Positions 39,576 through 50,300 of a stretch of DNA of 64,000 nucleotides are shown piece after piece. Origin of the DNA: Schmidtea polychroa (taxonomy: Eukaryota); the NCBI GenBank assembly GCA_044892525.1, contig CM097887.1:121808397-121872396 (forward strand), read 5' to 3'. The notes beneath the pieces are model-generated. The model saw nothing but the letters and a program-made list of their open reading frames with translations, was not told the origin of the DNA and did no database searches. Every line of letters begins with the position of its first letter. Position 1 is the stretch's first letter. The position numbers and the translations under genes were made by a program.

Positions 39576-39617
39576 ATAGTACTGATGAGAGCCAATAGCT
39601 CAAAACTAGTCTACTAT
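39576..39617 (+). ncRNA. Minimal type I hammerhead ribozyme motif, probably inactivated (G12A)
   Basis: Stem I ATAGTA/TACTAT; core CTGATGA; stem II GAGC-caata-GCTC; AAAA in place of GAAA; minimal stem III AC-ta-GT; GTC cleavage triplet at 39609-39611; a (TTA)n tract follows at 39662-39696. Confidence 0.75.
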
Positions 39618-39783
39618 TGGGATTCTCACTGAGTATCACAAAGATTGTTACGTTTATATTGTTATTATTATTATTATTATTATTATATCAAAAATAATAT
39701 CTGAAATTTTTTTGAATTTTCACCAGTTGAACTCAAAATAATGATTATAAATACCGAATGAAGATTTTAAAAGTTAGATAAAA

Positions 39784-40140
39784 ATGATTAAATTAATACT
39801 TGTGTCATGGTCTATGTTGATTTTGTGTGAATTCGTATGTCCACAAGAGTCTTATCTCTAAAGGTAAACCAAAAGCTCAAAGCAGCAATTATCAAAATAA
39901 ATATCCTGGAATAATGTGGAAAAATGTGGAATAATCAAGGAAAACAAGCCGGTTTATAAACTCAATTGTGACAGAAAATTAGCTGATAAAATTCGTGGAA
40001 GACAAACGCAAAATCAAATACTAAATTATGCAGAACTTGAGGTTTATGGAGGTAAGATATTTATTATTTAGAAGAACAAGGAGAAGAAGAAGAAGAAGAA
40101 GAAGAAGAAGAAGAAGAAAAAGAAAAATTAGTGTTCGTAA
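39784..40140 (+). pseudogene. Internally deleted, diverged F-type lectin paralog
   Basis: Signal peptide MIKLILVSWSMLILCEFV with an early frameshift, joined directly to the C-half of domain 2 (CGIIKENKPVYKLNCDRKLADKI..AELEVYG); shortened intron 2; expanded (GAA)n. Confidence 0.85.
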
Positions 40141-40261
40141 TAGAACAAAAATTAAATAGTTTTGATATATTACAACAGATCCTAAATAAATAATAATAAA
40201 AAAATAATAATAATAATAATAATAATTTATTAGAAAGATCAATAAATAAATCAATAAATAT

Positions 40262-42248
40262 CAGTGGCGTAGTTACCATATAACAAGAGTAAGCAATGTA
40301 TAGGGGCCACAAGACAGGGGGGCCTTTTTTCCAAGTTTCCTTAATTTTCTTCAGAAAACAATGTCAAACAACGGAACGGTCGGCACCAGTCAGCAGGGAC
40401 CTCCAAATGATCGATTTGTGGTTTTATGTAATAAAGCTCCACTGTTTTGTTTACTTATTGCATTAACTACATTATTTACCTGAATTTTACCTATTTATGC
40501 AATCTCCTCTGCCTCTCCCTCGATAATAATATTGTTGGGTTTTGGATTATTTCAAGTCGGTTCTCTCTGACTCCTGGTGTTCTTTAAATTAAAATAATGA
40601 ACGACCCAACGTATATTGAAACAACAAGTTCACAATTTATTCTCACGCTACAATTACCAATCAAAGTTTTACACGATTCTCCGCTCGGCGTTGATGGAAA
40701 AATCATCGAAATCGAATGGGAAAAACGGGACAGGTATAGATTAGCTAATGGTCAACAAGATGATGGTTAGGGATTTATCAGAAAAGGGTTAGGAAGGGTC
40801 GAAAAACAACAACTTTGCCAACAAACAATATTCACCTTTTGATCCTTTAGTTCTCTCGACTCTCTTTTTCCTCGGTTTCTCTTTGGTTTGATCCCTTTTT
40901 GTCTCTCCGTATTCTTAACTCTATTTCTTCTTTTCCCTACTTCCCTAATTCGTTTACCACTTTTCCTACAGTCTAATTCTTCTTAACCTATCTGAGGCAA
41001 AATGCCGATTTTCTCTGATTTTCCCTTTGCTTATATACTCCTTGAAATCAGGATGACAAATGGTTATTGCCGAGCCAATCTTTCGTTTGACATTTTCTCC
41101 TACGTGTTTGCTTCGGCTGTCATCCATAATGGTCCAACGAATCCAGATAATTAATGGCCCTACCGGTCTTCCTACGCGCGTTATCTTCTCCTTACTCTTT
41201 TCCCATTAATCATTGTGTCAAACTAATGGGCCCAAATCTTCCTTTTGTTTGCCTTTCTTCTTGTTTACCCAGCTCGGGTTTCCTTTATCTCTCGGGTTCT
41301 CCATTGGCTCGGGTTTCCCATTAGCTCGGGTTTTCCATTAGCCAATTAATTAATTAATTAACGTTTTCTGTTTTCATACGTTTGAATGTTTTTCGACCCT
41401 TCCTAACCCTTTTCTGATAAATCCCTAACCATCATCTTGTTGACCATTAGCTAATCTATACCTGTCCCGTTTTTCCCATTCGATTTCGATGATTTTTCCA
41501 TTTATTGATTTTTCTCGGATTTCCGGATTCTCGCCTTTCGTAATTGCTTTTTGCATTTTCTAATACTGTTTCCATCGCACTTTCCTTTACTATTAATTCT
41601 GTGCACGATCCCGCTTTTATTTGCCATTTTTCCTCGCTTACTTTCCATTTGAGTTATTATCCTAAATTTTATTTAAATTTTAATTTTAATTTACAGACCT
41701 CAACAATATACTGTATAAGAAAGCAACTTTAGTTATCTAAGTAAATCGCCCATTCATATAGGGGTCGAAAAAAGTGTTTCGCTTGTCGGCTATACACACT
41801 TATCCCTGATACATTACTATCATTTTATAACGATTTATACTGTTATACTGTATATTGAGCTCTAATTATTTAATTAAATCGTCTTTCCAGAGGACCCAAA
41901 AAAATGTTTTGTCTGCGGCGCAAAACTCCTCTGTAACTATAAGCCCTTCTTTCAATAAACACTCTCCCCACCCCCTTAAAATAAATCTAGGGTAGGCCTA
42001 CACCATTGGTCTCATACCGTATAAAATAAACAAGGTGTTCCATCAAAATTTCGAGAGTTACGAAGTGTTCCGTCGCAGGAAAAGTTTGGGAAACCCTGGT
42101 GTAATTCAATTGTGCCTCCAAAGGGGCAAAAAAAATTTTTCCCTGCGGCGCCATGGTGCTCCGCACCTATTTCACTTGTGTATGTAGTATAAGGGGGTCA
42201 ATCTATGACTCATTGCATAGGCGCCCAAAATTTCTAGCTACACCACTG
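40262..42248. mobile_element. Non-autonomous hAT element (1,987 bp) carrying captured sequence
   Basis: TIRs CAGTGGCGTAG / CTACACCACTG (10/11), same family as 3115-3405; perfect 8-bp TSD ATAAATAT; no transposase. Confidence 0.88.
40694..41501. repeat. 115-bp inverted repeat with a 578-bp loop
   Basis: 40694-40808 is the reverse complement of 41387-41501, no mismatch seen; the loop holds the family-A homolog and four CTCGGGTT repeats at 41271-41340. Confidence 0.9.
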
Positions 42249-42548
42249 ATAAATATATCGATGTTTTTGATATTCACGAATTTTCGGCACTGCCATTTTC
42301 AAGTATTAATAATAATAAATAATATAATAATGTTATTTGCCTTTATAATTATGAGCAGGGTTCTCAAACGAGCTTTTTGTGTTCATGTTAATTAAAAAAA
42401 TCAGTGATTTGGTTAAGGATCGCGATTCAAAATTTAAAAAGGCAGTAAACATTTTTTAAAAGTTATTATGTTTTAGAAATATAACATTTTCAAAAATTCA
42501 GTAATGTTAAGTGGTGTTACCTAAGAATTTATTCTCATTCACTTTAAA

Positions 42549-42699
42549 NNNNNNNNNNNNNNNNNNNNNNNNNNNNNNNNNNNNNNNNNNNNNNNNNNNN
42601 NNNNNNNNNNNNNNNNNNNNNNNNNNNNNNNNNNNNNNNNNNNNNNNNNNNNNNNNNNNNNNNNNNNNNNNNNNNNNNNNNNNNNNNNNNNNNNNNNNN
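42549..42699. other. Assembly gap (N run); further gaps at 52194-52344 and 61123-61269
   Basis: Runs of n. Confidence 0.99.
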
Positions 42700-44139
42700 T
42701 ATTTCGGATTGCATAATTTTTTATGAAATTTGCTAAAGTTCGGGTTCGTATTTCATTAAAATGCTTTTATGGGATTGGGACAAACAGGAACTAGTACCGG
42801 TTCGGTTCAGAGCCCAGGTTATGAACAATTTTGAGACAAAATTTGATAAAATCAATCTATCATTTTATTTATTTCATAATTTGTTAATAGTTGTTATGTT
42901 GAAAATAACACTAGGACCTATAAAGGTCCCTGACTATTTCATATTCCAGTTTAATGAAATCGAATAAATACGTCGTTTTTAACCCTTTCAATGATGCTGG
43001 CGCCTATATACACTCGTCAATGTGATAAGTCAACATTGACAACGCCAATAGTTAGGGAATGAACCGATGATAAGGTTATAAAAGAAAATTGTTGACGTAC
43101 TTTATATAGTTTCAAAAGTATTTATTATGTAATGATTGTCTGGGAAAAATTTCCAACATATTTAAAAGGAATACCTCAAATTCTGTATTATATTACAATT
43201 TCTGTACTAAATTGTCAAATTTTCTTGGCTACAAGTCATTATTACGGAGGTTGCGTAAATTCAGTTAAATAAGCATAACAAACTAATGCCAAATTCGTGT
43301 TAAAACGCATCAAATTCTCGGAAGATCTCTTATAAAGCGTTTAATACCATAAAATTGACTTTATGGACCTTTAATCACGAGTATAAATGCCTCCCTAGAT
43401 ATTTTGCCATTTTCTCCACTAAAGCTTTCTATTTACTTTCCAAACAAAGAATAGAATAAAAAATTATGAAATAATAAAACAAATGGTCTTGACCAGGGAT
43501 GGAGAACCGCCTTTGTTAAAATTGACAAGATTTTATCTAAGACCAAAATTTTTTTGTGTGCCAGAAACTTTTTGAAATAAAGGTAAAATTTTAAAATTGG
43601 ATTGGATAGGACAATAAAATTTGAAAATAATCAGATTAAATAAAATCTTAACAAATATTAAGAAATTATAAGATTTCCAAAGTTTTTATAGAATAGCGAG
43701 CTAATTAAATTGGCTTGGCGTGCCACTTTGGGAATTTGTGTTATATAAATATAAATTAAAACAAAATATTTAAATTTTGAGTATCGTAAATGGCTATAGT
43801 AAAACACAATTAAGGACTGATATGTTTCCTCGACAAAATATCCTCGATTTGAATCAAGAATAAATTATTAAAAAATATTTAACAAAATTTTTCCAATTTA
43901 TTTATCCAAAAACAAAATCGATAATATTTCAATCAATATTTCAATCACAAACACAACGTCTAATCAATCAATAATAATGACGATAAATAAACAAAAACCA
44001 ATAAATAAAAATTGGAGTGTTCGAATTCCAAAATAAAAAAATTTGGAGTTATGGATTAAAAATAAAAATCGATAAGTTTATTTTACGAAAATAATAACAT
44101 CAATAATAAGTTTTGTTTAACTAATATCATCATTAACTA

Positions 44140-45812
44140 TCAAACGGTCTGTCCTCTCGTCCGATTATACACATAGGTACCCGAATAAACAACTCCAGCT
44201 CTTTTGATCAGTTCATCTGCTTCAAAAGGTCCATTTCGACTAAAAGCAATAGGTAAGTCACAATAAATCAATAATAAAACTCATTCACAGCAAACAAATT
44301 AATATTACTAATTATTTTTTTTCGTTTTAATAATAACTGACAGTTAAATTAATACAAAATGAGTTATTAAAACAAACAATAAAATAAATATTTACCGTTA
44401 ATAAATATTTAACTAAACTAATTCAACTTACAGCAATTTGACTAAAACAATTCAATTAGGACATTGATGGGCAAACTTTGAGAACTAATGGGACACTGAC
44501 TTTTTTAGAAAAAAAAATATTGCGGCCCATATACCAAATATTAGCGTTAAAGTTTTAAAAGAACAGCTATCTATGAAAACACTTTATTATTATAAACTCA
44601 AGAATCCAGTAATACTTTTTAATTAATATGATAATTATTGATGTGCCGGTTTTTGGTTCAGGTAATTTTTTGTCGGTTTTTTTGTTTAAATTGCAATACA
44701 GAAATGATTTCTGCAAGTTTTTTTGTATTCCCGCTATTTTATCCCGCACAATTTTACATTACCACATTTTCAGCATTTCATACAGTATAATGACCAAATA
44801 ACATTTCACTGTCTAATTAGATGCACTTATTAATAATATTTTGATTCCATTGAAAGATTATGTGAAGTGGCACTCACGCTTCAAATCAACCAGACCAGGA
44901 ATATTATGCAGTCCTGTATATAAGTAGAGATACGGGAGTGCATTCACTAGATGATATGGTAAGTAAGCACGTCAAGGGTGCCCACACATTGACAATAATT
45001 TTACCACTACATTCATCACAGAGCTAAGTACCAGCATTTATTGAGCCTGTAGAAATCCTTGCAATTGTTATATGCCTGCAATATGATCACAAGTCCGGAC
45101 TTGTGATGTGTACCCCCCACCTATCAAACTAATTATGTGCGTCACCAAATGGTGGCTTGATTTCACATTACAAGTGCCACTTGTGCTAATCTTTTAAAAG
45201 CGAGAATCTTTTCACCATGTCATTCAAGATTGTATATACTATTCGTTCATCAGTAACCGACACTATTATATATTATAAATGCCTACCACATTTATGGTAG
45301 TAGTTATCACCATGAGTGGAACACCAACACGACCGAAGTCCAGCCCAGTGTGGCAATATTTTCCAAATACTAATTGACAGCCATTTTGTCTATTTTGTAG
45401 CATTTCCATTAACTGAACCTCAAAGTCATTAACATTCGTAAAGTGGAAGGTAATGAAAAATATGTCATATGTTAAGCATTACATACAATTCAAAAAATAT
45501 CTAAAACTGAAGTGGTTTAAAATGAATTCTTCGAATCGCCGAGTTGAAATATACACAACTTAAATCGTTGGTTTTTGAATATTAGACAGCCTCAAAACTT
45601 GTGGACAGGAAATGACGATATCAACAAAGGTAAGAGACAGCATTTTTGGGAAATTACACCATTAGCTAAGATTAGGATTAGATTACGAATTATTTTATAA
45701 TCGAAAATTCAAAATTTGCTATAAACGGCTTACAATTGTTACCAATTCAATATATGTAAAATAGGCCAATATGATTCTACCAAGAAACCATGAATATTTA
45801 TAATTATTATTA

Positions 45813-45897
<85 letters not shown>

Positions 45898-47278
45898 GTT
45901 TATTATCCATTAAGAATCATCACCTTCCAGAATAATACTCAAAAGGTTTCACTTTATTTTCGACCAATTGATTTAGAGCATAGTCAACAATACGCCAAGC
46001 TTCCTTCAATTCATTCACATGCACGAAATCCATCTGCAATCCATTGAATACATCGAGTATCAAGTTCTCATAAGCATCCGGCACTCGAATTGTCTTACAT
46101 AAAATAGAATTTAATATCGTGAGAATTTCACAATTAATTAAAGATGTCGAATTTCAAAATGATTGAACCTTAAGATTTTCAAATGGTATAGAAAATATGA
46201 AGATAATAAGTTGTGACATATGAACTTTTGGACTGGAGTGAATGAAAGAAATTATGAATTATGACACTAAGAAATTTTGTTTTTAATTATGTTTAAAATA
46301 ATATACATATTCCAAACAAATTTATTAGTCTTGACAAATATATACATTAGGGACATTAAGAAGTCATTTTGTTATTTGTTGATTTTTAATATGAATAAAA
46401 TGCAAGTGTTTCATTAGTCTAATAATTAGTGTCTAATTTGACTAAATATTGTTTTCTTCATAGTTGTTAGTATCTTCTTTTCCCGAACTTCGGGTGTTAA
46501 TTGCATCGATCATTAAATTACAAGTAAATTCACGCTTTCAATAAAATATTTTTTTGTTACACAATATGATCTTTTTAAATATGCATACATACATTCAACA
46601 TACAATTTTTAATTACTATATTTTTTTATTGTGATTTATTTATTAAATTAATTTCAGTCATATTTTAATAAACCTATATATTTAATAAAACTTTATTAAA
46701 CTTTTTATTGTAATATTAAATTCTAATTTAATATTCTAATTATTAAAAGTTTTACTTGATAATTATTTTTACTTTAAAATAATTGTTTCCTTTACAATAT
46801 ACTTCTTTATAGAAATCTTTAGAGTATTTTTAAACATCTCACAATAGTTATTTTCTTAGTTTGTTTTATTAACCCTTTAACCACTATATCAAAACATTTT
46901 CGCGTTCCAAACAATAAGACCGTTTTTCGTTTGTAAAACTACACACCACAACTTGCAGGTTTGAACACGATCAAACACATGGTTTGCTTGTAACGGTCAG
47001 TTTGGTGAAAAAAATTAAAAAATAACTACTCATATTCAAATAGATATTATTATTTTTTGTTGAATTATTATGCTTCTCAGAAAATTCGTTTAATTTTGTT
47101 CAAGCAGATAATTATTCTCTATTTACTTCACCAATCACGACTTAAGTACTTAATGCACATATTAATTTTGAATTTTTTGTCAAAAATTGATAAAATAATA
47201 TAATCAAGAAAATCCATTTTAATAAATTGAATCCTATAAATCAATTACAGTGAAAGTAATTCAAAATAAAATAATGAC

Positions 47279-47335
<57 letters not shown>

Positions 47336-50300
47336 AAAATATATATTCACTTACTAAACAATTATGATGAAAATAAGGCACATTAGATAAGAGAGATAAA
47401 AAGCCCATAAATATAATGACCGCTCGTGTCCCAGTCGAGCGTGTAAAAAATTCCCCGGCGCGCTCGTATCTGATAAGGGGACGGAGGTTAAGTGATTAAT
47501 TCAGGTGATGTTTTGCCAAGTAAATAATAAAATATTAAAACATTTCTATACTCTATACTGCATAGATATTAGGCAATACTTTATATTCTGGGGTATTTGG
47601 CTTAGGTATATGACTGGGGTATATGACTGCTTTTAATATTTCAAAAATATTACTTTATATCTTTCCTTATACGTTAATTCCAATTCAGTTTCTTCGACAT
47701 TAACAAACGCCATCGAGTCACCAGTCCCATCATCATTGGGAACTCCTGGTTTCTTCGTCATCATTTTGATATAAATTGCTTCACCAGGTTGAACCCGAAT
47801 CACTAGTTCATTACGTTTCAACTGTCCAACACAAAAAATATCTCCCGGAACATCTTTGAATTGAATTCGTATTTCGGCTTTTCGTTCGTTAAGTGCTACA
47901 GCAGCAATATAATGGATAATTCCAAATTATATTCAAATTATGCACCTTTCCCACACCGAAGGATAAATGGCACACCATCCCATCGTTCGTTATTCACATA
48001 AAGTACTGCACAAGCATAAGTCGGAGTAATGGAATCTATAAAACTACAAGTAAGAAGCATATATGCTCTAAATAAAAATAGTTCTAATCCATTAAACGCC
48101 CTATGTATAACTTTAAAAAGTAAAACTGTAACGTTTATATCTAATACAATCTATGATAGGAATTAACCATAAGTGAGAAATATGATATATGAAATCATAA
48201 AAATATTGTTAGTATAGGATCCTAAAGTTGAATACTCAGTACCGTTGAGGAATGGAGATTTTATGAAAATGCTTACCATACTGCTTTTGAAATGAAAAAG
48301 GCCAAAGTAAACTAAATATGATCAATTAGTAAATGGGAATTTATTTGAGAAAACAATAATTGCAATAAAATTGAGCTAATATTCTAATATTTAACAACGA
48401 ATAAATGAAAATGCGACTATAACATTTTCTCTCAATACTTTTTTGAACGCAATACAATATAATCTATGGCAGTGATGGACGATCATGTTTAGAAGAGTCA
48501 GATTCAAAAAAAATTAATCAGCTGGGTCACACTTTAGAAGAAATTTGAATTACACTTTGAATCATTAATATAAAACAAATCATTCTTTTTAAATAGGGCA
48601 TCCGATACGGGAAAATCTTTTCAATCCATGAATCCTGATTTATTATAGATATTGTATTTCAATAAATAAATACATTTTTCTTGATTTGTAAAGAAAAAAA
48701 CGTAAAAAGCATAATGCATATAATGTTTCATCATTTGGACTAGATTTCAGTTTATTTCTAAGTTGCTGGCTGATGAAATAACTCTTGAAATCTACTGAAG
48801 TCGTTGATAGTTGATCACAAATGTTTTTGAGATAATATTCATTTTTAACATGGTCAACTAAAATTGGAATCATATTTTTATCAGGTAATCAAGATCAAGC
48901 TACAAGCGTTCTTCAATGCTGTTATTTTCGCTTTTACTCCCAATTGCAACATCCCAATTAGTATTAGAATCGCTTGCTACCGTTTCAATACACTTTAATC
49001 TCACAAGTGCTGCCAAGCAATAGTTTTCTGCTTTCAATTGCAAATATTGGTAAATTTTAGAATCATGAAAAAAATTGATAATATCTTTACGTTCGAGGAA
49101 ATAGAGCTTATTTTAAGTACAGGCTAACTTCTTATTCGATGGAAATCATTGAGACTCAAGATCGTTGATTGCAAAATTCTAAATAGCATCCGCTGTAATT
49201 AAACTTGTATCCCTTCTGCAGAATATTTCTACGGCTGCCTGCCTTTATCGGTTTCAGTCATTTATCCATATACAATGTAATTCCAAAATCAAATTTTGTT
49301 AAATAATCTTGAAGGTTCAAATTAATAAAAGCTGTTGGAATCGGATTTTTAAGTCTATTATCCGTCTAGCTTTTGAGTCTAAATTAAATTTAAAGTTGGT
49401 TCTCGTTCTTTTAAATCGTATTCCTGAAGATTCCCATTTTTTAATTGAGATGTCTTATCTTAGAAACAACATTCCAGAAGTAGCAGAGTCCATATTAGTG
49501 TCGCTATTATCTTCTTGAAAACTGAAATTATATTCTATTTGGGAACTTTCGAACTATTCGTATATAGTTTCCAATACGGCAAGTTAAACTCCATGTATCA
49601 AACATAGCTGTTGATCGGAATAAATGAGTTATATACGATCTCTTTCATCATTGAACAACTATCAACAGTAATATTAACAATATCATTATTGAGATCAAAA
49701 CTATATTCGTGAAATCAAACTTTAATATTTTCAACATAGATTATTGCTGAATATTTTCCTTTTATCCTAAGACTAAGTTATGCACCAGTTACCATTTAGT
49801 TCACTTCTGTGAACAATGAAAAGTGACTTATAAAACAGAAAATGTGACTGACTCAGACAGTTAGGAAATAATAATTATATAAAGACTAATGCTACTACCC
49901 GGTTTCTCCCTGTATTTCAAATACCTTTATACCACTGTAAAAAGTTCATAATTGCAAGAAAGAAAAAAGAAAAACAAATCAGTTTCAATAATTCAGTCAT
50001 CACAAATTGCTTACTAAGTGTTATTATTTCAAATCTTTACCATACACTGTAAAAATAAATCAAAGGTAACTTTAAATGTGCATTCTTTTTGAGTAGCATA
50101 TCTCAAATTTTAGGGCCATCATAAAGGTTTTACAAACATGGAGAAACCTTACTCCCTTTCACAAAGCGTATTATTGTTATAAGTGTCATAAAATTTAGTT
50201 CAATAACCATTTTTCTAACAACGGTACTTGAAAAAAGTTGTTGTGTTCTTTTACATTGTGAGGAAAGGAGCAATGTAGGCAACTGTAACTAGTTGCTTTG

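Noticed and set aside
42356-42370. Charlie-type TIRs at 42356 and 53832
   Set aside because: No matching opposite TIR with a TSD was found (the first runs into an N gap), so they are not called as elements.
45790-46047. 85-aa poly-Ile ORF and the ORFs containing X
   Set aside because: Artefacts of the (ATT)n microsatellite, the antisense G6PD exon and the N gaps.
42979-47494. TTAACCCTTT piggyBac-like left ends at ~42979 and ~46869
   Set aside because: No convincing partner TIR: the best match for the first would enclose the last G6PD exon, and the second matches only 11/14 at ~47494.
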